A stretch of DNA of 64,000 nucleotides from Candidatus Spongiisociaceae bacterium (GCA_965262915.1 OZ253564.1:3776001-3840000); one strand, 5' to 3'; positions 10,148 to 20,570 are shown, counted from the first letter of the stretch. Notes: generated by a model not told the origin, from the letters alone. Made by a program: numbers and translations.

Positions 10148-11071
10148 ATGGCGCTACAGGTAATGACCGTGCGAGGACCCGTCTCGCCCGATGATCTGGG
10201 CCATACCCAGACACACGATCACATATTCTCCGACATATCGTGGGCACGCCATCGCTGGGTGGCGATGCCGATGACCGACGAAGTCCAGATGACCGAGGAG
10301 GTCGGTTTCTACAAGGATGCGGGCGGGGGCACCCTCGTCGACTGTATCATGGAACACATAGGCCGCAAACCGGAGGCGATGCGCCGCATCTCGGAGACCA
10401 CCGGCGTGCACATCGTGATGGGCACCGGCTTCTACCGGGAGCCCTATTACCCCGAGTTCGTCAACAAGTGGACAACCCGCCGACTGGCCGAGTACATCGT
10501 CGACGAGATCGAGCACGGCTGGGCCGACACCGGAGTCCGTCCTGGGATCATCGGCGAGATCGGTATAGACAAACGCTGGGTGCAAGGCGTCGAGGAGCGG
10601 GTCATCCGCGCCGCCGCCCGAGCCCACCACGCCACGGGCCTGGCGGTCACCACCCACACCCCCCCGCACACGGCTCTGCTGTTCCATGAGATCCTGCAGG
10701 AGGAGGGGGTGCCGCCCGACCGGATCATCTTCGGCCACTTGGACAACACTTTGGAGATGGACGAACTGGAACGCATCGCCCAGACCGGCGCCTACATCCA
10801 GTTCGACCTGATCGGGATCGAGTGGATAAACGCCGACCACCGGCGGGCCCAGTTCCTCGCCGAGCTGATCCGTCGTGGTCACCGGGACCGGCTACTGGTC
10901 GCCCAGGACATGCCGGCCCGGCCCCGCCTGATGACCAACGGCGGGCACGGATATCGCCACCTCATCGACAACTTCCTACCGATGCTCCGCAAGGAGGGAG
11001 TCGACGAGGACACCATCCATCACATCACCCACACCAACCCCGCCCGAGTCCTAGCGGTCGACGCAAGCTGA
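10148..11071 (+). CDS. Phosphotriesterase-homology protein (PTE/PHP family)
   Basis: VMTVRGPV, THDH, GGGTLVD, GTGFY, GIIGEIG, TTH, GHLD, AQD, NPARVL. Confidence 0.9.
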   Translation: MALQVMTVRGPVSPDDLGHTQTHDHIFSDISWARHRWVAMPMTDEVQMTEEVGFYKDAGGGTLVDCIMEHIGRKPEAMRRISETTGVHIVMGTGFYREPYYPEFVNKWTTRRLAEYIVDEIEHGWADTGVRPGIIGEIGIDKRWVQGVEERVIRAAARAHHATGLAVTTHTPPHTALLFHEILQEEGVPPDRIIFGHLDNTLEMDELERIAQTGAYIQFDLIGIEWINADHRRAQFLAELIRRGHRDRLLVAQDMPARPRLMTNGGHGYRHLIDNFLPMLRKEGVDEDTIHHITHTNPARVLAVDAS

Positions 11072-11176
11072 GAGCCGCTCCTGGGGGGATCAGCAGCCTG
11101 CTAACGCGCCCCGGGCAGATCTGTGAACCGCATGGTCGCAACCATCCAGACCAAGGCGGTTGAGTAGTTGGATCGA

Positions 11177-11707
11177 CTAATGACGGTCGGGAAGGGCACA
11201 GACATCGAATGTGGCCATGGCGTAGCCCAGCATCGTGTAGTAGCCGACGAGAACACTGAGTTCGACCACCCCCTCGGTGCCGAGTTCGGCTTCAACGCGG
11301 GCAAACGTGGATGCGGAGAGGGGAGACGAGGAACACATCTCCCGAACCACGTCCAAGATGGACGCTTCTCTTGGCGACAGGTCTCCCGGCGTTCCGTCCA
11401 GGTGATCGATTGCCTCCGGACGCACCCCTTCCCGGCGGGCTATGTCCAGATGCGTGTCCCAGACGTACTGGCAGCCGTGTGCACGGCCGGTCGCCAGGAT
11501 GGCCAGCTCCCTCGAGGTGCCGTCCAGGCCGGATTCGAAACGGACCACGTGGCCGAGCCGGGCGATGTGTTCCGCTTGCCGGGGGGCGTGCAGAAGCACT
11601 TGGAAGGGTCGGACGAGGGTACCCCGGCTCTCCACTATCCAGTCGAACAGTCGAGCCTGCTCAGGAGTGAGCCCCTCCTTGTCGGCGATCAGGTCGATCC
11701 TCGCCAT
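11177..11707 (-). CDS. Carboxymuconolactone decarboxylase family protein
   Basis: SRGTLVRPFQVLLHAP, RELAILATGR, YVWDTH, VELSVLVGYY; ATG after GGAGA. Confidence 0.8.
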   Translation of the reverse strand: MARIDLIADKEGLTPEQARLFDWIVESRGTLVRPFQVLLHAPRQAEHIARLGHVVRFESGLDGTSRELAILATGRAHGCQYVWDTHLDIARREGVRPEAIDHLDGTPGDLSPREASILDVVREMCSSSPLSASTFARVEAELGTEGVVELSVLVGYYTMLGYAMATFDVCALPDRH

Positions 11708-11832
11708 GTCTCCTCGGCCTCCTGCTCTCCGGAACGCAATTACGAGGCCCGACCGTAGCGCGCCCCGCAGGCCGCACGGGCGAAGACCGACGGGGGTAGA
11801 CTCGCCGCCGATGGACGAACTCCGGCAGACAG

Positions 11833-12654
11833 ATGGTTGCTGAACCCGATCGGATCCGCATCCTCCGCGACGACGAGAACTGTCCCGAACTTCCGATCGT
11901 CGAGCGGGGGGGCCGGGCGTGGGCGGTCGTCTGGCCGGGGGTGGGCGCCTACCTGCGTTCCATGCACCGTATCTCGCTGGATCCCGGAGGGCGGACGGTG
12001 CAACTCGAGCATCCGACCGAGGCTGTCTACTACGTGATGGCAGGGAAGGCCACCGTCGACGGCGGGGATACCCACCGCCAGGAACTCTCCAGCGGTGCCA
12101 TGACGCACATAAGCCCGGCAACGGGCTACGTACTAGCAGCCGGTGACGGCGGAGCCGAGATCGTGGGGGGTCCGTGTCCTGCCGATCCGAGCTCGTACAG
12201 GCACCTGGGGACCTTCGAAACCGTGGAGATCGAAGACCGGCCCGACAGGCAACCGCCCGGAGGGATCCGGGTATTCCATCGTGACCGTCCCACTGCGATT
12301 GTCCCCATGATCGCCAAGGACGCCCGGCTGGTGGTGTGGCCGGGTGTGGAGGCCTACACCGCCAACATGAACTACGTGGACATGCAGCCGGGCGAACGGA
12401 ATATCGAGCACGTGCATGTCGAGTCGGAGGACACGATCTACATCCTGGACGGCAAGGGGAGCATCGACGATCTGACCAACGGGTTGCGTCTGGAGTTCGA
12501 AGCAGGAGAGGCGATCCACGTGCCCGTCGGTGTGTGGCACGCCGTCTCGGGCGACCGGAACGACCACATCGAGAGCGTCGGCGGACCTTGCCCGGCAGAC
12601 TGGAACATGCTGCGGGTGGCGGGACTGATCCCCGACGCACCGAACAAGGAGTAG
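11833..12654 (+). CDS. Bicupin domain protein
   Basis: Two internal repeats (VVWPGV...VGGPCPAD); C-terminal cupin with HVH-x-SE and GVWH metal motif. Confidence 0.8.
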   Translation: MVAEPDRIRILRDDENCPELPIVERGGRAWAVVWPGVGAYLRSMHRISLDPGGRTVQLEHPTEAVYYVMAGKATVDGGDTHRQELSSGAMTHISPATGYVLAAGDGGAEIVGGPCPADPSSYRHLGTFETVEIEDRPDRQPPGGIRVFHRDRPTAIVPMIAKDARLVVWPGVEAYTANMNYVDMQPGERNIEHVHVESEDTIYILDGKGSIDDLTNGLRLEFEAGEAIHVPVGVWHAVSGDRNDHIESVGGPCPADWNMLRVAGLIPDAPNKE

Positions 12655-12659
12655 TAACC

Positions 12660-13514
12660 ATGGCCAACACCGTTTCGATAGGTCTGGTGCAGATCGGCGG
12701 CGAGCCCTTCCTGGTCGAGGAGAACCGCGAGCTCTGCTACCGCTCGGCCAGCACCGCTTTCGACCAGGGTGCCGACATCGTGATCCTGCCCGAGATGATC
12801 ATCCATGGATACACCGCCGACTGGCGAGCCCTGTCGGAGGTGGCCGAACCGGTGGACGGGCCCACCGTCAAGCAGTGGACCGCCCTGGCAGCCGACGCCA
12901 ACGGCTACGTGGTGGGCGGGTTCTGCGAGCGGGACGGCGAGGCCCTCTACAACTCGGCGGTGGCCGTGGGGCCCGACGGGATGATCCTCCACTACCGCAA
13001 GACCCATCTCTTCGCCGAGGAGAAAGTGGTGTTCCGCAACGGTGACCTCGGCTTCCCGGTAGCCCATACCAGGTTCGGAACCATCGGGCTGTGCGTCTGC
13101 TACGACCTGCGGTTCATCGAGGTGGTCAGGCTGCTGGCTCTGAAGGGCGCCGACCTCATCTGCGTGCCCACCGCATGGCTGCCCGGGTTCGACCAGGAAC
13201 GCTGGGACAAGGACGGGATGTGTCCCCAGGGACGGGGAGCGGTCCTGCAGGCCAACCTCAACCAGGTGTACATCGCCTGCGCGTCCCAGGCCGGCCGGCG
13301 TGGGGATCTCGACTTCCTGGGATCATCCATCCTGGTGGATCCGTACGGCAAACTGCTGTCCGGACCGCTGCCCGGTTCCACCGACAAGATCACGGTGACC
13401 GAAGTCGACATCGGCGCCGCCAAGCGGGCCCAGGTGCGGGGAGAGTTGATCGCGCCACGGGCCGACCGCCGAACCGACCTCTACGGCATCTGGTCGGACG
13501 GCCAGCGGTACTGA
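12660..13514 (+). CDS. Nitrilase / carbon-nitrogen hydrolase family amidase
   Basis: Catalytic triad motifs LPEM, YRKTHL, VCYDLRF. Confidence 0.92.
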   Translation: MANTVSIGLVQIGGEPFLVEENRELCYRSASTAFDQGADIVILPEMIIHGYTADWRALSEVAEPVDGPTVKQWTALAADANGYVVGGFCERDGEALYNSAVAVGPDGMILHYRKTHLFAEEKVVFRNGDLGFPVAHTRFGTIGLCVCYDLRFIEVVRLLALKGADLICVPTAWLPGFDQERWDKDGMCPQGRGAVLQANLNQVYIACASQAGRRGDLDFLGSSILVDPYGKLLSGPLPGSTDKITVTEVDIGAAKRAQVRGELIAPRADRRTDLYGIWSDGQRY

Positions 13515-13581
13515 GCGGGTCTGACAGGCCGGACTCAGCCCTCTACCATCCCCTCGTCCAACAGCATCGGAGGCACCCCGG

Positions 13582-14412
13582 ATGAGACTCGTCGACCTTT
13601 CCCACCCGATCAACCTGCACACACCCGGCTGGGTCGGATACCCAGGATCCAAGATGTATTACACCCAGACACTGCAGACCAACCGGGTGGTCTCACAGCG
13701 AGTCGAGACATCCTTGCATGTGGGGACCCATCTCGACGGCCCGATGCACATGGCCGACGGCGCCGGCGACATGGCCTCCCTCCGGCTGGACAAGCTGGTA
13801 CACGAAGGCGTCATCGTGGACGTGTCGGACGTGGTCAGCGACTGGAGCATCATCACTCCGGAGCACATCACCTCCAAGGTCGAGGTGAAGAAGGGCGACA
13901 TCCTCATCATCCACACCGGCTACCACCGCTACTACGAGGGCATGCCGGAGCAGGACCTGACCCGCTACTTCTGCATGCATCCGGGCGGTACGCAGGAACT
14001 CGCCTACTGGATGCTCGATATGGAGATCCGTTGGTGGGGTGTCGACGCCGGCTCCGGAGACCATCCGATGAACACCAGCATCCGCCACATGCGACCCGAC
14101 CTCACCAAGCGCTTCGAGGAGCATGTCGGCATGTCCGCCCTCGAGTACTTCGGCGAGTACACCTACACGCACCACAAGAGCGGGCGGATCGTCAAAGAGG
14201 ACCTGTTCCCGTTGCACTACCTGGCCTTCCCCGACGGATGCATCCACGCGGAGAACGTCGGCGGCGACATCGACAAGGTGCTCAACCAGCGCTGCATCAT
14301 CGGGGCGTTCCCGTGGAAGTTCGAAGGTGGCGAGGCCTGTCCCTGCCGCATCATCGCCTTCTTCGATGTGGGCGACGACCTGTCCGTGGAGGAGATCGCC
14401 GAGGCCCTCTGA
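13582..14412 (+). CDS. Cyclase family metallo-amidohydrolase (kynurenine formamidase-like)
   Basis: MRLVDLSHP, HVGTHLDGPMH, KGDILIIHTG, HAENVGG, PCRIIA. Confidence 0.9.
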   Translation: MRLVDLSHPINLHTPGWVGYPGSKMYYTQTLQTNRVVSQRVETSLHVGTHLDGPMHMADGAGDMASLRLDKLVHEGVIVDVSDVVSDWSIITPEHITSKVEVKKGDILIIHTGYHRYYEGMPEQDLTRYFCMHPGGTQELAYWMLDMEIRWWGVDAGSGDHPMNTSIRHMRPDLTKRFEEHVGMSALEYFGEYTYTHHKSGRIVKEDLFPLHYLAFPDGCIHAENVGGDIDKVLNQRCIIGAFPWKFEGGEACPCRIIAFFDVGDDLSVEEIAEAL

Positions 14413-14571
14413 GAGTTCGGTAGCGGAGCCGAACCCTGGAGCGGGCTCGGCCACGACCCAACGTGTGTTGTCATATCGATGGTTCTGTTTGTGGCGATAT
14501 GTGACACTTGCCTTTCGAAACGGGGCATGACCTCTCGGACCACAAGTCCCACATAACCTGGACATACCAGA

Positions 14572-14605
14572 GCCCTCCTAGATCGCCGAGGCGATCTAGG
14601 AGGGC
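14572..14605. terminator. Perfect 16-bp inverted repeat between convergent operons (probable bidirectional terminator)
   Basis: gccctcctagatcgcc-ga-ggcgatctaggagggc; overlaps stop codon of 14596-16881. Confidence 0.7.
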
Positions 14606-16881
14606 AGGGCGCCCGATCCCCTCCTCACCAGATCCCGGACCCGGTCCGGGCTGAGCGGGAGTCGGGTCACGTCAAGCGGGCACTCCAAGGCGTCGGCCAC
14701 GGCGTTGCCGATGGCCGCTCCCACCGCGGTGATCCCGCCTTCACCGGCCCCCTTGACTCCTAGCGGGTTGATGGGGCTGGGGGCGTCTTCGCTGACCAGC
14801 ACCTCCACCGTGGGCATCTCGTGGAGGGTCGGCATCAGGTAGTCCATGAAGCTGGCCGCCAGAGGCTGGCCGGATTCGTCGTAGACGAACTCCTCGAGCA
14901 GGGCGCCACCGATTCCCTGGGCGGCGCCTCCGTGGATCTGCCCGTCGACCAGTTCCGGGTTGATGGCCCGCCCGACGTCGTACGCCACCACGAAGCGCTC
15001 GACCTTCACCTCCCCCGTGTCCCGATCAACTCGGACCACCGCGGCATGGACACCGTACGGATAGGTCATGTGGTCTGCCTCGAACCAGCCCTCGGCGACC
15101 AGGCCGGGATCGTCATCGACGAGCCCCGGGCGTAGCCTCCGGGCAACTTCACCCAGCGTCACCGACGGGCCTTCGGGGGAACCACGTACGAACACCCGCC
15201 CGTCCTCCACAGTGAGGTCCTCGTGACGGGCCTCCAACACCGACGCGGCCACATCCAGGGCCTTCTCGCGAACCCTTCGGGATGCGATGAGGGTGGCGGA
15301 ACCGGTCATGACGGTGACCCGGCTGGCGAACGCGCCCATTCCGTAAGCCATATCGTCGGTCTGACCGTGGCGGACCCGCACCGAGTCCATGCCCACCCCT
15401 AGAGCGTCGGCGCATATCTGGGCGATGGAAGTCTCGACACCCTGGCCGATCGACGCGGCCCCGGTCACCACCACCACCTGTCCGGCCTCGTCCACCTCCA
15501 CCCTCACACCGTCGAACGGACCGAGGCCGCTCTTCTCTACAAAAAAACCCATACCGATCCCCGCAGCCTCTCCATCGGCCCTCCGCCTGGCCAGATCCTT
15601 CAACAAGTGCTCGTAGTCGAGATGATCGAGCACGCGATCGAGGATCGCTCGGTAGTCCCCCGAGTCGTATGTGACGCTGGTGCCGAGCACATCGATGCCG
15701 CGGGAGAAGGGCATGGCGTCGGCCGGTATCAGGTTGCGCCGGCGGACGGCTGCCGGATCGAGGTCCAGCCGGTGGGCGATCACGTCCATGAGTCGTTCCC
15801 GTACGAAGCTTGTCTCGTAGCGACCGGGCGCCCGGTAGGTGCCGCACGGGGTCTTGTTGGTCAGCCTGACATGACCCCTGGCGCGGTAGGCAGGCCACGA
15901 GTACGGCCCGGGCAGCAGCGAGGCGCTGAGGTCGGCAACGACCACCTCATGGGTTCGCAGGTATGCGCCCTGATCCACCCAGAACTCGTCCACCACCCCA
16001 CGCACCCACCCGTCGGGGTCCACCGCGGCCCGGATCCGATGGACCTGATCGCGGGAGTGGTTGGCGGCGATCATGTGCTCCCGCCGGTCCTCCACCCACT
16101 TGACGGGTCGGCCTATCCGCATCGCCGCCAGGCACACGAGGACATCCTCGGGGTACAGCTCACCCCGTATACCGAAACCGCCCCCCACGTGGAGTTCCCT
16201 GAGCACCAGTGCTGCCGTCGGGAGGCCCAGCATGGCGGCGATTGCAGTGCGGTTGTGATGGGGCACCTTGGCGGCCCCGAACATCTCGATCGTCGAGCTC
16301 ATCGGGTCGTAGCGGGCCAACGCGCCCCGGGTCTCCATCGGTACGCCGGAGTGTCGACCCACCCTGAAGTCCATCTCCACCACGGTCGAGGCGATGTCGA
16401 AGGCCCTCTCCACGTCCCCGTAACCCTTCTTTACGACCGCCACCTCCGTGGCGCGACCCCCGTCAAGGATCGGATCAACCGCCGGTTCGAGCTCCTCGAT
16501 GTCGATGTGAACGGCTTCGGCTGCGTCCTCGGCGAGGTACGGGTCCTCAGCCAGGACTACCGCAACCGGTTCTCCAACATACCGGACATGTCTCTGGGCG
16601 AGCACAGGCTGGCGGTAGGCGTCGACCCCCACAACCATGGGCATCCGGTAGTCGATGGGGGGAACACCGGCGATGTCGGCAGCCGTCCATACGGCTTCCA
16701 CCCCCGGTATCCCCTCCGCAGCCGAAACGTCAACGTCGACTATTCGGCCGTGAGCCACGGGTGAACGGACAACCCGAAGGTGCAGTTGGTGGGGGACGGA
16801 GAGGTCGGCTATGAACCTGGCGGCACCGGTCAGGAGGGGACGGTCCTCGATCCTTTTGACCGAACTGCCGACGTAGGTCAT
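14596..16881 (-). CDS. Xanthine dehydrogenase family molybdopterin large subunit (L1)
   Basis: VGGGFG, TYRAPGR loop, GQGVET, GAFASR, GQIHGG, GVKGAGEGG; ATGA overlap with the 2Fe-2S gene. Confidence 0.93.
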   Translation of the reverse strand: MTYVGSSVKRIEDRPLLTGAARFIADLSVPHQLHLRVVRSPVAHGRIVDVDVSAAEGIPGVEAVWTAADIAGVPPIDYRMPMVVGVDAYRQPVLAQRHVRYVGEPVAVVLAEDPYLAEDAAEAVHIDIEELEPAVDPILDGGRATEVAVVKKGYGDVERAFDIASTVVEMDFRVGRHSGVPMETRGALARYDPMSSTIEMFGAAKVPHHNRTAIAAMLGLPTAALVLRELHVGGGFGIRGELYPEDVLVCLAAMRIGRPVKWVEDRREHMIAANHSRDQVHRIRAAVDPDGWVRGVVDEFWVDQGAYLRTHEVVVADLSASLLPGPYSWPAYRARGHVRLTNKTPCGTYRAPGRYETSFVRERLMDVIAHRLDLDPAAVRRRNLIPADAMPFSRGIDVLGTSVTYDSGDYRAILDRVLDHLDYEHLLKDLARRRADGEAAGIGMGFFVEKSGLGPFDGVRVEVDEAGQVVVVTGAASIGQGVETSIAQICADALGVGMDSVRVRHGQTDDMAYGMGAFASRVTVMTGSATLIASRRVREKALDVAASVLEARHEDLTVEDGRVFVRGSPEGPSVTLGEVARRLRPGLVDDDPGLVAEGWFEADHMTYPYGVHAAVVRVDRDTGEVKVERFVVAYDVGRAINPELVDGQIHGGAAQGIGGALLEEFVYDESGQPLAASFMDYLMPTLHEMPTVEVLVSEDAPSPINPLGVKGAGEGGITAVGAAIGNAVADALECPLDVTRLPLSPDRVRDLVRRGSGALPS

Positions 16882-17360
16882 CTCCTCATTACCACCGCTG
16901 CCTGTCTGACCGCCTTCAGGATGTTCTGGTACCCGGTACACCGGCAGAGGTTGGATGACAGCATCGCCCGCAGTTCATCTTCATCGGGGTCGGGGTTCTG
17001 TTCGAGGTATCCGACTGCCAGCATGAGGAAGCCCGGGGTACAGAAACCGCACTGGAGTCCGTGGTTCTCCCAGAAGGCCTGCTGTATGGGGTGCAGACGG
17101 TCACCGTCGGCCAAGCCCTCGACGGTGCGCAGTTCCATGCCGTCGCACTGGACCGCGAACATCAGGCAGGACCGTACCGGTTCGCCGTCGGCCAGGATCG
17201 TGCATGCCCCGCACACGCCGTGCTCGCAGCCCAAGTGGGTTCCCGTGAGGCCACAGTTGTCCCTGAGGGTGTCGGCCAAGGTGCGCCTCGGCTCCACCCG
17301 AACCTCGTAGGAACGGCCGTTGACGTTGAGGGTCACATCGACCATGGTTCGCTCGGTCAT
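16878..17360 (-). CDS. 2Fe-2S small subunit of Mo hydroxylase (CoxS-like)
   Basis: GCEHGVCGACT, QCGFCTPG, NLCRCTGY. Confidence 0.95.
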   Translation of the reverse strand: MTERTMVDVTLNVNGRSYEVRVEPRRTLADTLRDNCGLTGTHLGCEHGVCGACTILADGEPVRSCLMFAVQCDGMELRTVEGLADGDRLHPIQQAFWENHGLQCGFCTPGFLMLAVGYLEQNPDPDEDELRAMLSSNLCRCTGYQNILKAVRQAAVVMRR

Positions 17361-19675
17361 GCAGGGATCCTCTCCTTCTGCCTGATCAGCCGGCGCAACC
17401 GGGAAGGAGTCGCCGGGGTCTCGTTGACCTCCACGCCCATTGGCCGGAGCGCGTCGGAGATCGCGTTGATGATTGCAGCCGGAGCACCGATCGTGCCACC
17501 TTCGCCGACACCCTTGGCGCCGGTGATCGTGGCGTCGGAGACGGTGACCAGATGGTGGATCTCCATGTCGGGCACCTCGGCGAGGGTGGGGGGAAGGTAG
17601 TCCATGAGCGAGGTCGTGAGGATATTGCCCTCCTCGTCGTAGGCGATCTCCTCGTACAGGGCGCCTGCGATCCCCTGGGTGATGCCGCCGTGGATTTGGC
17701 CCTCCACGATCATCGGGTTGATCAGGACACCGGCATCCTCCACCACCACGAACCTCTCCACCCGGACCCCTCCCGTCTCGGGATCCACCTCGACCACCGC
17801 CGCGTGGCAGGCGTTCGAGAACGTACCGCCCGGATCGTAGGTGGCCACCGCGGCAAGCCCCGGGGTCATACCGGGACCCAAACGGTGGCTGGAGTGGTAT
17901 GCCAGACGGGCCACGTCGGCGACGCTGATTCCCGTGTCCGTCCCCGAAACACGCGCCACTCCCCCGGCTATGACGATGTCCTCGGGGGCGGCCTCCAGCT
18001 GGTCGGCTGCTATCGAGGCGATCTTCGAGCGGAGCAGAGCGGCCGCCTGCTTGGCCGCGCCACCGGCGATCACCAGCGAGCGACTGGCGAAGGTCCCCCA
18101 GCCGTAGGGCGTACGGTCCGTGTCGCCATGGACGAGCCTGATCGTCACGGGCTCGATCCCGAGTTCGTCGCCTATCAACTGAGCCAGGCTGGTTCCCAAC
18201 CCCTGGCCATGCGGTGAGGCTCCCAACCGAGCCTCCAAGTTTCCCGACGGATCCATCACCAGGTTCACGGTCTCGTATCCCAGTGTGACGTCCATGCTGC
18301 GGGCGGCAAAAGCCGATGTACCGTATCCGGTGCGCTCGGAGAAGACCGAGAACCCGACCCCCAGGTAGCGATTCTGCTCCAAGGCGGCGGACTGCCGTTG
18401 CCGGAACCCATCGAGGTCGATCACCTCGGCAGCCTTGTCAAGGGACTCGACGTAGGAACCCTCGTCGTAGACCAACCCTGTGACCGACGGGTATGGGAAC
18501 GTCCGGATCAGGTTCCTTCTTCGGATCTCGGCAGGCTCGATGCCAAACCGTGACGCTCCCTGGTCCATGAGTCGTTCCATTGCCAGGGTTATGACCGGGC
18601 GGGACACCCCCCGGTACGGTGCCATGGGACATGTGTTGGTGACGACGCCCCGTGAGCGGACCCGGTAGGTACGGAAGTCGTAGGGTCCGGGGAGTTCGGC
18701 CATGGCCATGAGCGGTTCGACACCGCAGGTCACCGGGTAGCAGGAATACGCGCCCACGTTGCACAGCAGGTCGGCGTCGAGAGCCAGCAGCCGTGCCCGG
18801 CTGTCGAAGGCACCCCTGATCCGGTATCGGTGGTCCCGGCTGTGGAACGAGGCCATCAGATTCTCGCGCCGGTCCTCCACCCACGAAACCCTCGCGCGGA
18901 GCCGCCTTGCCACCCACACCGCCACCACATCCTCGATGGCCAGGCAGAACTTCTGCCCGAAGGCGCCACCCACATCCGGAGCCACCACCCGGATCCGCGA
19001 CTCGGGGATCCCGATGAGGTCGGCGATGATCGTCCGCACGACATGGGGCGCCTGGACGGACGAAACAAGGGTGATCCGGCGGGATCGCCTGTCGTAGGAC
19101 GCGACCGATCCGCGTGTTTCCAAGGGCAGGGCGCTCTCGCGTCGGGATGTCAGGTCGAACCCGACGACCTCTGCGGCAGCTGCGAAGACCTCGTCCACCC
19201 CGTCGGTCTGGATTCTCGCATCCACGACCACGTTGTCCGGAACGTGGTCGTGGACAGCCGGAGCCCCCTGGCGCGTCGCCCCTGCTGCGGTAGTCACATG
19301 GTCACGAGGCTCGATGTCGACGTACACCTGCTCGGCGGCATCCTCAGCTTCCTCCGGCGAGCCCGCCACCACCACCGCCACCGGCTCGCCAACGAAACGA
19401 ACCGTGTCCCGCGCCAGGACCGGCTGGTCGACCGGTCGGTAGTCGTCCCGGTGCAGCAGCGGGCGAACCGGCCGAACATCGGCCAGATCATGTGAGGTGA
19501 ACATAGTGACGTGGTCGGGCGCTTCGATCGAGACGATCCGTCCGTGCGGCACCGGGCTGCGGACGAACCTCAGGTGGGAAGCGTCACCGATAAGATCGGC
19601 GACGAACCTTCCCTCGCCGGTGAGAAGTGGGGGATCCTCGAAGCGCAGCAGGGATTGCCCGATCCACGGGGTCAC
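17357..19675 (-). CDS. Xanthine dehydrogenase family molybdopterin large subunit (L2)
   Basis: DVGGAFGQK, PYRGVSR loop, HGQG, GTFASR, GAKGVGEGG. Confidence 0.93.
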   Translation of the reverse strand: MTPWIGQSLLRFEDPPLLTGEGRFVADLIGDASHLRFVRSPVPHGRIVSIEAPDHVTMFTSHDLADVRPVRPLLHRDDYRPVDQPVLARDTVRFVGEPVAVVVAGSPEEAEDAAEQVYVDIEPRDHVTTAAGATRQGAPAVHDHVPDNVVVDARIQTDGVDEVFAAAAEVVGFDLTSRRESALPLETRGSVASYDRRSRRITLVSSVQAPHVVRTIIADLIGIPESRIRVVAPDVGGAFGQKFCLAIEDVVAVWVARRLRARVSWVEDRRENLMASFHSRDHRYRIRGAFDSRARLLALDADLLCNVGAYSCYPVTCGVEPLMAMAELPGPYDFRTYRVRSRGVVTNTCPMAPYRGVSRPVITLAMERLMDQGASRFGIEPAEIRRRNLIRTFPYPSVTGLVYDEGSYVESLDKAAEVIDLDGFRQRQSAALEQNRYLGVGFSVFSERTGYGTSAFAARSMDVTLGYETVNLVMDPSGNLEARLGASPHGQGLGTSLAQLIGDELGIEPVTIRLVHGDTDRTPYGWGTFASRSLVIAGGAAKQAAALLRSKIASIAADQLEAAPEDIVIAGGVARVSGTDTGISVADVARLAYHSSHRLGPGMTPGLAAVATYDPGGTFSNACHAAVVEVDPETGGVRVERFVVVEDAGVLINPMIVEGQIHGGITQGIAGALYEEIAYDEEGNILTTSLMDYLPPTLAEVPDMEIHHLVTVSDATITGAKGVGEGGTIGAPAAIINAISDALRPMGVEVNETPATPSRLRRLIRQKERIPA

Positions 19676-20529
19676 TGCTCGATCGCCTGCGCGAGTGCGC
19701 GCCGGGTCAAGGCCCGGACCAGGTCTCTCCGGTACTCTGCAGAACCGTGGATGTCCTCCATGGGGTCCACCTCCTGCGCGGCAACCTCGGCGGCTTCCGC
19801 GAATGCCCTACCGGAGGCTGGGCCACCCCTGAGGTGATCTTCGGCGCCGGTAGCCCGGACCGGCCGGTCGCTCACCGCCCCCAGCGCGATCCGTACATCG
19901 GCCAGTTCCCCATCTCGCATCTCGAGTGTCACGGCGGCCATGGCCAGCGCGAAGTCACCGGCGCGGCGGCTGAACTGCTGGAAACCGACCCTGTTGGCAG
20001 CACTCAGCTTGACTAGACGGGTCTCGACCAACAGCTCGTCGGGACCCAGGTCGGTAGTGAACACGGTCTGGAAGAACCGTGAGGCGGGGATGGTGCGGGT
20101 TCCGGCCATGTTGGCCGCCACCATCTCGGCGTCGAGCAACATGGCGATCACACACCACTCGGCGGCGGGGTCGGCGTGCGCCAGACTGCCACCGAACGTT
20201 CCGCGAACCCGGATGGGTAGATGGCCCACGTGGTGGGCGGCGAGGCTGAGAAGCCGACCGAGCGGCCCGTCCACCACCGGCCGCTCGAAGGCAACATGGC
20301 GTACCAGAGATCCGACGCGCAGGGTGTCGCCGTCGTCGGTGATGTGGTCGAGTTCTCCCACCTGGTTGATGTCCACCAGCACGGCCGGCCTGGCGAGACG
20401 GAAGTTCATGGCCGGTACCAGGCTCTGGCCGCCTGCCAGGACCTTGGCGTCGTATCCGTATCGATCCAAGACTGCCAGCGCCCCTTCGACGGAACGTGCT
20501 TGGTGGTAGTCGAATCGGGCTGGCTTCAT
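19672..20529 (-). CDS. FAD-binding medium subunit of Mo hydroxylase (CoxM-like)
   Basis: MKPARFDY, LAGGQSL, RGTFGGSLAHADPAAE, RRAGDFA. Confidence 0.95.
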   Translation of the reverse strand: MKPARFDYHQARSVEGALAVLDRYGYDAKVLAGGQSLVPAMNFRLARPAVLVDINQVGELDHITDDGDTLRVGSLVRHVAFERPVVDGPLGRLLSLAAHHVGHLPIRVRGTFGGSLAHADPAAEWCVIAMLLDAEMVAANMAGTRTIPASRFFQTVFTTDLGPDELLVETRLVKLSAANRVGFQQFSRRAGDFALAMAAVTLEMRDGELADVRIALGAVSDRPVRATGAEDHLRGGPASGRAFAEAAEVAAQEVDPMEDIHGSAEYRRDLVRALTRRALAQAIEQ

Positions 20530-20570
20530 GCGGGCCGGAGTGTACTATCCGGGCGCCAACCCGAGGTTCC

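Noticed and set aside
11090-11104. Solo IS5-like end tcagcagcctgctaa (13/15 to 49476-49490)
   Set aside because: No partner end or target duplication found; too short to call
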